Assembly (NCBI GenBank): GCA_040437565.1
Contig: JBDOQK010000025.1
Coordinates: forward strand, 1-64,000
Direction: 5' to 3'
Source of the DNA: Albugo candida
Lineage: Eukaryota
DNA length: 64,000 bases
Both the position numbers and the translations under genes were made by a program. Under the pieces are notes generated by a model that saw nothing but the letters and a program-made list of their open reading frames with translations, did not search any database and was not told where the DNA came from. Below, in pieces: positions 24,111 through 36,920 of this stretch (its first letter is position 1; every line of letters starts with the position of its first letter).

Positions 24111-27100
24111 TCATTTCATGTCGACGTCCAGCTGACTATCCATAATGAGAAGATCCCGCAGCTTTCTGCACATGAAATGGATCAGCGGTCGAGTCTACCG
24201 AAAGAGATAATGAGCAATATATAATAAACAGCGGCGAATCTCACTCACCTCCAGGTGTTTGAGTGACTGTAAAAGCTGCTGAATTTGAGATTCGAGTCGC
24301 TCGGCTTCACCATCTACCAGGTAACGAGGTATGTGGAAGGTGTAGATGAGTACAAGTTGCTCCAGGACCAGCAAGTAAGCGTCACAAATGTATGCAACAA
24401 CATTTTGGATTTGTTTCAGTTCAACGATCAACCTGCTTGAACCGATGGTACTATCACGGCCGTATAACACATGAAGCAATTGATTTGTCTGTTCCCATCG
24501 TCCACGCATTTGTAAAATGCACATGAAAAGATCCATTAGTGAAGGAGAGTCGGGCCAAAGCGGGTATAGACTACCCGAGGTGCTCATTGCAGGAGTGATC
24601 ACATCAAACATAGATTCTTTAGTACTTGCCAAACCGAAAACTGGTCGTAACGATTCTTCCACTTCATTTTTTGGATTCGACATGAGAAGTGTATACTTTG
24701 AACAGTACGCTGCTGCATTACATGAAATCATCAGAGAAGCGTACAATTTCTCCTCATCAAACACACTGAGCTGCGAAAATATATGCATCTGGCCCTTAAT
24801 TTTCTCATCCAAATCAATGAGCTCGTTATCAATGACTGAAGCATCAATTCGAAATGTCGTGCTGGCACTCTCGTCCTCCGTCGTTATCGGACTAATTTCT
24901 TGTAACCAGTATTCAATGTTGGATTTTTTTCGTGAGATCTCACTTGGTGATACATCTCCGTACTCATTATCGGAGCTTGGAACCAAAGCATCAGGGTGTG
25001 CGTCTCTACCGAACAAAACCAACAGTGAAGCTATGCGACTCGTAATCTTTCCCCATTTCGCTGTGGAAGAACTTGTGGAACAGCAAAGATCAGGAAATTG
25101 TATCACATATCGGAAAATAAACGTCAAATATGCGAGTTCCCACAACGTGTATACGGATGCAATGTCGAAGGACTGGAGCTTGATGCCGGATCCAACCAGC
25201 TTCCATCGCGCAGAGATAAATCTCAGCAATTGAGCTGCTAAAATTCTATTTTGAGATAAGCTTGTGCATATTGTACATATCAGTCGAAGTGTAGGCACCC
25301 ACAAGGCACCAAACTTTTTCTGAGCAGTGTTGAAGCTTTGTTGATGACTTGCAATCAGCACTTTTGTCACACGCGGTCGCTGTTGAGGTAATGTTTGCAT
25401 TGTCTCCAGCACCTTCATTATACCGCCTTCCAGTAAAGCCATCGCACCAGCTCGAAAGCCACATACGCGAGTAAATAGTGAGATGAATGCTCCATGCATG
25501 GACTTTACTGAATTTGGTTCAATCTTTCGACTTGACGGCTCTTTCTTACTCAAAACCAACGCGTTTTCAGCATTGCTAAGTCTGTTGAACAGATCGATTA
25601 GTTGGAGCAATACGCCATGTTCACATAGATTTTTCAAACTAGTTTCGTTGTGCTGAAGTACGGCCTCTAGTGCCGTCAATGAGAGGATGACACCAAGAGA
25701 ATCCTCAGCCTCCCTTGCATCTCGACACGCAAACAGAATGACCTGAGTCGTCGTATTCTCCCAATTGATCAACGTATTGTATTTGTTCATCGATAGCAAC
25801 GACATGTTATTGCCAGAGTAGCTTTGCGAGGATCCTGATGATGGAAGAAGATTTGTAATGTTGGAAATCGTTGCGTACAGAGTGACACGTGCTTTTTGAG
25901 CTGCTCGGGTATCCCTGATCAGTACTTCGCTGCAAGAAATAGCGCGGAAGACCAGGTCAAGAAGCGTCTGCAGATCTCGTTCTCTTTCCTCAGTGATATC
26001 GTCCAATTTACTAAACGCTTGGAGTTGAGCACTGCACGCAAAAATGGCATGTACGGTAGAAGGGAAAATATGGGCATCCAGAGTCGTTTCAACTGACACG
26101 CCTTGCAATAAAATAAGCAAGAAGCAGTGGATAAGGTCAAAATGGCCATTCCTTACAGATGAGCTTGTCAACGTTGCCTGATGACCACGCTTGATCGAGT
26201 CGCTTGTTTCATCTGGCACAAAGTAGTCGACTAAGAGTACTTCCAGTAATTCTCGCCAGCACTCAAACGCGTGCGTTTCAGCCACAATCAATTCGGAGTA
26301 CGTATTCCACTTGAAAGCCCATTGGAGATAGTGTTGTACGCATTTGGACGACTCATCATGATTTCTGGTAGCATTGTATCCAGGGGAATGTGAGGTTCTG
26401 TGCCTCTTTGAGCTTACGTCGATTGTATTAGATCTTGGTGCCAACGCTTGTAGTCTATTTTTAAATGACTTGATATCGATACGAGTCCATTGGTAAAAGC
26501 CAGAATCTTCCACAACGCTAGTCTGCTGTGCTAGCTCAGTGACATTGTTATGTTGTGGGAGTTCTAATTTTTTGATACTTGGCTGTAGATGAGTCCGTAA
26601 CTGGAAGAGAATTGTATCCGCTCCTGTTTGCTGTGTCACAAGTAAATGAACAAGGCGGTCTACTTCTCTTTCTTGTACATCGCCATCCCTCAGTTTTGCG
26701 TGGATGTAGACAGCCAGACTCTTCAGAAGCCAAGCTCTTGAATTCAAAGTCCAAATATCTGTGATTGGTGATGATCCGTTTGCTTCTTCCGACACTGTAG
26801 CATTGTACTCTATCTGCTTTGTAAAGTGATCATAACGAGGATCTTCGACCATTTCTAACGTCCTCTGCTTGGAGTACGTTTGGTCAATAAGATGATAGAG
26901 AAGCCGATGACATCTCTCTGTAAATTGAGGGTAGTATGCCGTCACCGAGTGATCGGATAACAAGATCAATAAGGTGTCGAGCCCAGGAATATCAGGTTGA
27001 TCCGATGTCTTCTGTCCTTTCTTTGTAAAGCCGAGGAGTAAGTGTGAGATGTTGGGAGCAGCTCTTTGTACATTGTCTAGCAATAAGTCGAGAATTGTGC

Positions 27101-30100
27101 ACGGAAGAGTATGTGAAGCTTTCCTTGCTTCTGCGATTTCATAGGGCAAGAATAAGCTGTCTTCGCTATACTGCTTCTTCGAAAGCTGATCCGCCTCAAC
27201 TCCTTCATTAGTTTCAGATTCTTCAACCGCATCGCTGTGATCATAGACATTCTGTAAACAGTTCATGTAGCCAAGAATAATGTCATCGCAGTGGTTCGAG
27301 TCCATAAGCATGTTCATCATGTCCGAACCCGCTACCTTCGAGCTCACGTACTTTAGTACTACCGCCGAAAGCTCAGCAATATATGTCGACTTGGAGTATC
27401 GCACGTATCGCAAGATTCCAATAAAGTCAGAGTTTCTCCTTTTTAGAGTCATATGCAGCGGTTCTAATCGCGAGCCAACTGATTTGAGATGCAGTTGATG
27501 ATTGTGAATAATTGATTCATCGTTTTCCAAAACCAGAATCAGTATCTCCAGTGCATACTGGACACAACATTCTCGTACAGAGCCAAACGAGCAACTAACA
27601 ATTGCCATAAACTGATCAATTTTGGACAAATCGTTGTATGTATCGAGATCGAACTGATCCAATGGACCTAATTGCTTTTCTGCTTGCTTCGCAACAAAAT
27701 TTCGGCAGTACTTGAAAGCATGATACATTTGTGAATCGTTTGATGCATTCTCCAATCCGTCAAGACCGTCATCGCCTACCAAAACGAAGAAGATCCGATC
27801 AAGTATAGTTGAAGACGACAGTATTTCCTGCTGTAGCCGCGATGCTAGAATGTACAGTAATTGATCCTTTTCCACATTCTTTTTCGTTCCTTCTCTCAGA
27901 ATCATCCGAAAAATCAATAGACTTCCGCTGGCCAGTACCCAGCGCTCTTCATCGTTGTCATATTTTCTGATGTTGAATTTACTGAATACAGTCTCCAAAA
28001 GATATTTGAAATACTGCTCGATAGTAGATAGAGTCTCAGGGTCGGGATCAGTGCCGACTGCCCACAATGTTGAGTTACCAAAAAGTTCATACAGCAGAGC
28101 AATGAACCCTCGTGTCGCAGGATATGCACGATTCATAGATTCAAAGTGCTCTAATTCGTAGCTGATGTCGTGAGTGCCGAAATCCAGGGCTTCAGCCTTA
28201 GTTCGTAAAACCTGGAGCGTGTCGATTTGACGCCACACAACAGGTGCAATCTCAGGCACACGTGCAAAGATGGACAGAGTCTTCATAATTGCACCTTTCA
28301 GTGAGCTTGGAATTCGGCACTGAAGAAGTGACGCTAGTGTTGTGATGGGAGACCACTCATGATTCAGATAAAAGACCATAGCGAGTTGAGAATCCCGGAT
28401 AACACATTGAAGAACCAATTGAATGGTTTCCAATGCTTCTAGTTCTGCAGGGCGAATGCTTCGAGAAAATGATTTTAGAGTGTCGACTGGAGCGGTGGGG
28501 AATGTCATGTTGAATGCTGAGCTCAGCGTCGGAGTGTCCGCTAAAGTAAGTAAGCGATAGTATTTCTTCATCACCGTAAAAAATTGGTCCCAGTTCAATG
28601 CCTTTGGATTCTCTTTGATATGATGGAAGGCAGACTTTGCACAATTGCGTCCTGATGCACCAGCAGCAACTAGTTGCAGGTATGCGGTAAGAAAGGCAGG
28701 ATTACTGGATGCAGCATCACGACTCATTATGACGAGTCCATAGCAGCTCTCAGCCTCGCTTCCGTTTCCCACTTCGTCTTTTGACCAGAACCGACTCGCA
28801 AACTCAGTGTTCCTTCCACATAGCGTGATCGCACAAGTGATTATATAATCTAGCCGATCGCCCTTCCACTTGCCCGATTCGTCATCACTATCACCATAAA
28901 CTGCCCCGGGTGAGCTATTGTCTTCGATTGCATCAACCATTAGCATGCTGCAGTATCGGTCGAAAACCAGCTCGAATCCTTTTTGAAATGCTTGATAAAA
29001 GTCAGGATCCGCCTTGTTATTAGTGCAGTAATGTTTTAAGATATCGGTGATAAACGAAAAAACGTGGTGTTCGAGTGCGTCTTTAGTGACACTTTGGATT
29101 TGCTCTGTTTTGTTATACAGCACATTTTCATGTCTGGCTGCGATCGCCGACAGCGCCGCCCAAGCAAGTCGAAATAGGCTTTGGAATCCTTCATGTTCCC
29201 ATTTTTGTACCGAAATCACGTCATGTAATTCGACAATACATTCTTGTCTCTGGTTTGTGTCATTTTGACTGCAGAAATCGCTTCTTTCCGCTTTTCCGGA
29301 TTGAACGTCTTTCTTCACTTCTTGTTTTGATATGACCGCATGCAGAAACGCGACGTATAATTTGACGACAGTGTTAAGTAAATTACTGATTTGTTCGACG
29401 GTGGTGACAAGTGAGACACAGCCAACTGGTGCTGCCTGAAGTAATTGTTCGACTGAGGTGAGATTCACTAAATGAGGTGATACTTTTGGTAAGGCTGCTT
29501 TGAGCGATGTACACATCGATCTGGTGGCAATGACAATTTCTTTGATTTCTTTGACAGAAATGTGGTAGCTGATGGTGTAGAATACGATGCTATCAGCAAC
29601 CAATGGTTGCCAGATACTCGTGGACTCAACAATCGTATTCTTCTTGATTAATGAAGGCAGCACATCCTGAAAGCTTCGAATCAAACTTGGTCCTAATCCG
29701 TCTCGAATCAACTCTGTGACGTATAATTGAAGCTCCTCGTGTCTTTTTGAGCTTTGCTGGGAGTAAATGCCACCTCGTAACAGCTCTTTGATGAAAGCTA
29801 ACTTGTACTCCATTTCAGAAAGAAAGAAATACCGAGCTGCCAATGCGACTGAATTGCTTATTGATCCTGTTTCGAGTCGATCAACTCGTTCGACCCATTC
29901 TCTCGTTTCCGAGTCGCTGGCAATGATCCAATAGTGTACACAGACCTTCACATCAAGATCGAATTCTTCTCTCCATTTCGTGATTTCAGCCTGGATCGCT
30001 GGAGATAGTTCGATAGTCTTCTTACTGACTTTAATTTGCTTCAGATCGACTGCGCTTTTACTTTTCTCAGTAAAACAGTAAAAAGGCTCGATAAGGTCGT

Positions 30101-30293
30101 GTTTCAATTGTCTCAGCTTGTTCAGAAATTCCATGCTTTCTTGTTCATTCATATTAAGTTTTAGATATAAATCTAAATCCCGAAAACATAGACGATAAAA
30201 CAATTTTGGAAGCGTTGGATAGTCTAACATCTCTTGACTGCATTTCAATAATTCTGAAGCGTTTCCACTGGCTGTGTTTTCCATAAAACTCAT
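24111..30293 (-). CDS. NUP205: Nucleoporin Nup205/Nup192
   Basis: 2032-aa helical ORF with LKGAIMKTL, ELEHFESMNRAYPATRGF, KFNIRKYDNDEERW and PNISHLLLGF; short last exon TRPLIHF...VDMK* after an intron near 24195-24249. Confidence 0.88.
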
Positions 30294-30416
30294 TCCGTCA
30301 GCTTGTATCCTTGATCGAAAAGCGAGATCCCAGTTTGAATGGTTTTGATATTCTTGGGAACACTTCGAAATGAAAGCACACTAATTGTGCGAATACTGGA
30401 CTCTGTGTGGACATTG

Positions 30417-31957
30417 ATGCATTCCCTCCATCGTTTACATCGTTTAAGCAGAGAGCGATTCTCGTTGTTATCAATTTTCACTCGTGCAGCATCCTCCAGT
30501 TCCAAATTGGGTCTTAAAGAGCTCTCAGAAAGAACTTCACTCCAAGGGAAGCGCGTATTGGTTCGTGCGGATCTAAATGTTCCTTTGAAAAAATCGCACC
30601 ACAAACCGCTTATCACCGATGATACTCGCATTCGAGCGGTGCTGCCGACATTGAACCTTTTGAAGAATCAGGGAGCCAAAGTAGGAGAATTCTTGCAACT
30701 TACCAGCTACGTGATGGCATAATGCATACGATGTATCTTATAGATTATATTATGCTCTCATTTCGGGCGTCCTGATGGCAAAGTGAATGATAGTATGCGA
30801 CTTGACCCAGTCGCCTTGCGCCTCTCGGAGCTACTTGGTTCGTCTGTTGATAAGCTGGATGACTGCATTGGAGACGAAGTATCTAGAAAAGTTGGCTCAC
30901 TTGATGATGGACAAATACTTTTGCTTGAAAATGTTCGTTTTCATCCCGAAGAAACGAAAAACGACGATTCTTTCGCGAAGAAATTAGCCCATGGAGCGGA
31001 TATCTTTGTTAATGATGCTTTTGGTACCGCTCACCGTGCGCATGCATCAACTGCAGGCGTTGCCAAGTACATCAAGACATCTGTCGCTGGCTTTTTGATG
31101 GAGAAGGAGCTCAAATATCTCGCAGGATCGGTTGAAGATCCAATTCGTCCACTCGGGGCAATCATCGGCGGTGCGAAGGTAAGCACCAGCACTCATTCGC
31201 TCGTTACTAGCGATCCGCTCAGCGTTGTTTATAATAAGGTGTCAACAAAAATCACGGTGCTCGAGTCGCTTCTAAGTAAATGTGATCGAGTCTTTCTGGG
31301 TGGTGGAATGATCTTTACTTTTTACAAAGCGATGGTATGCTGAAGTGTTTACCATTATTATCCTTCGCAGTGTGCGTTGCTCACAGGTTTGTTACAGGGA
31401 TATAATGTAGGCAAATCAATCGTTGAAGACGACAAACTCCAGCTGGCTAAAAGCATTATGAAAAAGGTTTGGGCACTAGCTTTTAATGTTCGTATAGGGC
31501 ACAGTTAATGTTTATTTCTCAGGCGGAAGATCTTGGAGTGGAGCTATTGTTGCCAACTGATGTCGTTGTTGCAGACAAGGTTGACGCCGATGCGGAATCA
31601 AGAGTGGTGCCCATTAATGCAATACCTTCTGATTGGTTTGGGTTGGATATCGGGCCAAAAACGACACTTCATTTTGCAGAAAAGCTGCAGTCATGCCGTA
31701 CAATAGTATGGAACGGTCCAATGGGTGTATTTGAAATTGAGAAATTTGCTGAAGGGACTCTCAAACTCGCAAATGTTTTGGCAAACTTGACTGATGAAGG
31801 CTGTACGACCATAATTGGAGGAGGGGATTCCGTGGCGGCGGCAGAAGAGGCCGATGTCACATCCCGTATAAGTCATATATCAACGGGAGGCGGAGCAAGT
31901 CTTGAGCTCTTGGAAGGGAAAACATTGCCTGGTGTCGCGGCATTGAGCGTCAAGTAA
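30417..31957 (+). CDS. PGK: Phosphoglycerate kinase with N-terminal presequence (5 exons)
   Basis: [85 protein letters not shown]. Confidence 0.96.
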
Positions 31958-32167
31958 GTTCGCTTTTTGCGTTTAGAGTACGCTTCTATTACAATAAAAC
32001 AAGTCTAAAAGCAAATATTTCAAAGTTTGCCATATGTTTTCTAATTTCTCTTCCTCATGCAAAGTGCTATTGTACCAGCACACGTTGTTTCTTCGCTTCT
32101 TCAATTGTGAGGAGTTACATAGTTCTTTTACCGCAATACGTTCGCGAAATCTCCGGAATCAAGCCCG

Positions 32168-35100
32168 ATGTGTCGAAGAAATCAAGGCACTCCGCAATCA
32201 GTTGCTGATTTTACACCTGGCGTAAAATGTTACTATCCTCACTCTGAGCATGTTTGGGTACCTGCTGAAATTCACGCTGTTGATATCGATGCACGTACAC
32301 TCGAATTACGAGTCAATAATTCTGTATTTAATCTTCCCACAAAGCATGTATTATCCTACAATGAAGACACTATTTTACCGCTCCAAGATGGCAGCGAATG
32401 TTACAACAGCGGTGTTGATGATATGGTTCAATTGAAGCATTTACACGAGGCGTCCATATTGCAAAACGTGCGTCAACGATTCCACTGCCAACTCCCTTAC
32501 ACATATACCGGTGAAATATGTATTGCTATGAATCCGTTTCAAAGAATAGCATCGTTGTATGATCAAAATACCATTGAAAAGTACAACAATCTGCGTCATG
32601 AGTCCATACATTCTCTACCGCCTCACGTTTATGCAATATCCGTATCGGCTCATCGAGCAATGCGACTGCATAGGAAGAATCAGAGTATTCTTGTGAGTGG
32701 GGAGTCTGGGGCTGGTAAAACAGAAACCACAAAAATTATTATGGAGAATCTGGCGACAATTGGAGCAACAGACGAACTTTTTCGTGAAGATAGAACCGTA
32801 CAGCGTATACTGCAAATGAACCCGCTTTTGGAATCGTTTGGTAATGCACAAACAGTTCGGAATGATAATAGTAGTCGGTTCGGCAAATTCACACGATTGC
32901 AATTCGATCCCGATAGTACGTTTTCGATTGTTGGAGCCAAATGTCAAACCTATTTGCTTGAGAAATCGAGAGTAGTAAAGCAGGAACAAGGAGAACGCAA
33001 CTTTCATATTTTCTATCATTTATTGTATGGTCTAGCTTCATCAACGGAGTCAGAGCATTTCTTTTTTTCTTCCCGTGGCTCTGGACCCAACTTTACATAT
33101 CTTCGGCTGGATGAGACTGAAAAAATCGATTACCCGGAAATGAGGAGGCAACTAGAACAAGCTAAAAAGTCTTTTGTCTTACTTGGTTTGGATTCCTCTT
33201 CCCAATGTAGCATATTAGAAACACTAGCAGGAATTCTTCATTTAGGTGAGATTGCCTTTATAAAACAAGAGACAAATCAACAAGAATCATGCACAGTGGA
33301 CACAAAAAGTGCGATTCCCAGCTGCAAGCTTTTGGGGATCAAACTGGAGGATATGGTAAATGCACTGTGCTTTCGTACAATGCACGCAGCAAACGAAGAA
33401 TATCGCGTCCCGTTATCCTTCGAGCAAGCTGTGACCGGTAGAGATGCATTAGCCAAGACCATTTATGCGAATATCTTTGACTGGATAGTGAAGAAAGTGA
33501 ACTCGGTGCTCGCGAATGAGAAAAATGGATTATTTACAATCGGAGTATTGGACATATTTGGCTTTGAAAGCTTCAAGGTTAATTCATTCGAGCAATTATG
33601 TATCAATTACGCTAATGAGAAGCTTCAGCAAAAATTTACACACGATGTGTTTCGAAGTGTCCAAATGGAGTACGAGCAAGAGGGAATAGAGTGGGGGCAC
33701 ATTTCATATGTCGATAATTGTCGCGTACTCCAGGTCATCGAAGGCAGGCTCGGAATTATAGCTTTGCTAAATGAAGAAGTGACACGACCACAAGGANNNN
33801 NNNNNNNNNNNNNNNNNNNNNNNNNNNNNNNNNNNNNNNNNNNNNNNNNNNNNNNNNNNNNNNNNNNNNNNNNNNNNNNNNNNNNNNNNNNNNNNNGTGT
33901 TTCGAAGTGTCCAAATGGAGTACGAGCAAGAGGGAATAGAGTGGGGGCACATTTCATATGTCGATAATTGTCGCGTACTCCAGGTCATCGAAGGCAGGCT
34001 CGGAATTATAGCTTTGCTAAATGAAGAAGTGACACGACCACAAGGAAACGAAACCTCATTTGTCAGAAAGCTTGCCCAGCATTCCGCTGAAAGACATGGC
34101 GAGAATGCAACAGGCGTGAAGTCAAATGATGCAATAGTTACGATTCCCCGACGCACGGTGACAGAATTTATAGTTCACCACTATGCTGGAAGTGTACAAT
34201 ATGAAGCAAAAGGGTTCATGAAGAAGCATTTAGATACATTACATGGCGATCTACGTGACCTCATACAGACAAAATGTACAAAGCAGTTTATTATCGACGC
34301 GTTTCAAGAGACTTTTTCGATCTCCAGGGCTTGTTCGGGAAGAAAAAGCTCACAGTCAACAACTGTCGGAACTCAGTTTAAAAACTCATTGAATAATCTT
34401 ATGAAGAGTATCGAGGAAACAAGTGTGAGGTACATCCGGTGTATCAAACCAAACAAAAATAAGAGCTCGAACGAATTCGATGCTAACATGGTGTCTGAGC
34501 AACTACGCTGTGCCGGCGTCATCGATGCTGTTCGAATAGCACGGAGCGGATACCCGATACGAATGGCACAATCGGACTTTGTCCGACACTTTTCCCTGCT
34601 CGCAAAACCATTCGCAAGTATCTCAGACAACTGTGTAGCCATCTTGAAGAGTACAAATCACACAAGTCCCATCGACTATCAAGTTGGCCGTAGCAAGGTA
34701 TTTATACAAGATGGTGTACTAGGACATCTTGAGAAGCTTCACGCACAACACGCTACAAAGTATGCTATCAGAATACAACAGCATTATCGAGGATACCGAG
34801 CCAGGTCACATTATCGACAGAGTATATGCGCCATTGTTAAAATACAGAGTTATTTTCGTGGCTGGCGACAATGTAATTATCTATCACGAGCAAGGAATGC
34901 CGTCAGAAAGATACAAGCAATTTGGCGGAGATATGTTTCTTTGAAACACTGCCGGTTGCTATGGAAGGAATCAACTGGCATGGAAATAGAACAAGAATGG
35001 GCAGCAGGTGACGAAGAGTGGGAAAGAGCGTACCAGGAGAATCTGCAACTTCGGCTACATTTGAAGGAGATCAATGAATCCACAGCTAGATTAAACTCTC

Positions 35101-35483
35101 GTTTATCAAACGACTCTGCTAGTCGAGCAGATCTCTCACAGTTTGTCAACTTGCAACGACAGCTTCATATAAGAGAACAACGTGTGGAATTAGTTCAGGT
35201 CGATGTCAACCAATTATTACAATATGTCAGAGGAAGGGGAGACTTTTGTGCAAATGATTTGCAAGACTTGATTGCGAGCTTAGAAATTAGCGGTGGAGGA
35301 CAGTATGGACCCATACGTGGCAGTATCACGGAAAGTCTGACACGCACGATAAGCTCGGAAGGTCCCGAAAATACACTTGATTTTGATGAGAGCGACGATA
35401 GTGACAGCTTATTATCGTATACCAGTCGATCATCATCAAATCGTGAAAGCCGACTTAGACTATCCGATTCCGACTTGGATTGA
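32168..35483 (+). CDS. Myosin heavy chain (N-terminal SH3-like region, motor, ~3 IQ, short tail)
   Basis: GESGAGKTE, LESFGNA, NSSRFGKF, LDIFGFE, YIRCIKPN, IQQHYRGY and IQSYFRGW; the two ORFs join in frame once the gap-flanking duplicate is collapsed. Confidence 0.93.
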
Positions 35484-35595
35484 TGACAATGGTGCCAATA
35501 GCGATGGGACAATGTTGACAGCTTGTCGGCTTTGTATTATAAGCTCTCGTGTTATAGCTACCTTGGTAACCAGTGGATGCTCAAATCAAGCTACT

Positions 35596-36544
35596 CTAAT
35601 CATCCTTCTCAACTTTTTTGATTCCGCGGAGACGTCCAGTTCGGCGAGCGGCAATTAGCCCAACCTTTCTACCAGCTGGAGCATCACGTGGTACAGTAGA
35701 AGGATGACCAATATGTTGATGGTTACCACCACCGTGAGGATGCTCAACAGGGTTCATAGCAACACCACGAACTGTTGGCCATTCATTACGCTTGACGCGA
35801 TATTTATGGTAGGCTCGACCGGCTTTGAGAATTGCTTTATCCGTTCGTCCGCCTCCGGCTACTACTCCAATCGTTGCACGACATCTGATAAAAGACATTA
35901 GTTAGCTACAAACACACCCGATGACGAATATAAAGACATTTACAAGCCACAGTGCAGAGAATAAGATACTTACGCACCGCAATGTTGCGGGCTACTTACT
36001 CACCACACGGCTTGTGGGAATGAAATTGCAATGCGCAAAATAGCAAGATCTTGGTAACTTACGTAGAAAAAACCGTCTTCTTTGAGCCTGATGGAAGTCG
36101 AAGTTTTGTCTTTCCCTTGTCTTCATCGTGGGACACGATCACAGCGTAATCACCCGAACACCGGGCAAATTTTCCACGATCTCCGTGTCGAGCTTCCACA
36201 TTGCATACAATTGTACCTTCAGGAAGAGAGGCCAATGGCAATATATTTCCGACAGTCATGGCTGCCTTCTTTCCGCTGTAAATGAATTGTCCGGTGTACA
36301 TTCCTTCAGCGGCGATTAGCAGTTCATGGTTGGTCTTGTAGCGGTAAGGATCACGATAGGTGACACGGGCTAAAGGTGCTCCACGACCCGGGTCATGGAT
36401 GATTTCACGAACAACGCCTTTGATGTATCCTTCTCGCTCAATGAAATCAAGAGCACGGAAACCAGCTTTTCCTTTCCGATGTTTGTTATGGGATTTGAAG
36501 ATACCACCGGCACCCTTACGCTGTCCACGAATGACTCGACCCAT
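35596..36544 (-). CDS. RPL8: 60S ribosomal protein L8 (uL2), 2 exons, intron 35885-36062
   Basis: [22 protein letters not shown]..; [29 protein letters not shown]. Confidence 0.97.
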
Positions 36545-36920
36545 TTTTAATCAATAATACAAAGCACAATGAGCTAAAAAACAATAAACTTTCGGGTTTG
36601 ATGACTGGTGGAGGATCGATATGTTTTAAACATTTGCATCAATTTTTTTACAAAAGCGACACAATAGCATTTGGTATCTCCGAATCACTCAAACCATTTG
36701 TGGGTGAATTGGTCAATAAAGAATGCAAAAGTGTCCTACTGAAGTACAATAGTTGGATGCAAGCGGCTTAACTCTTCGGTCTGCTTTTATCCTGGTTGAT
36801 CTTCATACATATACAAACTCAGAACCAAAACATAGAGGGAAAAACTCGAGTATATAATACAATCTAAAATTCAAATACACATCAATCTACTCTTCTCTAA
36901 CGAGCTCTACGTTTATGGGC

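Noticed and set aside
24517..25233. 238-aa antisense ORF inside NUP205, and similar shadow ORFs in myosin, CCT5 and PGK
   Set aside because: Opposite-strand shadows of long coding regions with no recognisable motifs.
33647..34046. Split or internally duplicated myosin
   Set aside because: A 150-bp duplicate flanks the gap; collapsing it gives one continuous ORF.
35885..36062. TPP riboswitch or C/D snoRNA in the RPL8 intron
   Set aside because: No CUGAGA/CUGAU TPP core and no RUGAUGA...CUGA box pair seen; an H/ACA RNA is not evident but needs an Rfam scan to exclude.
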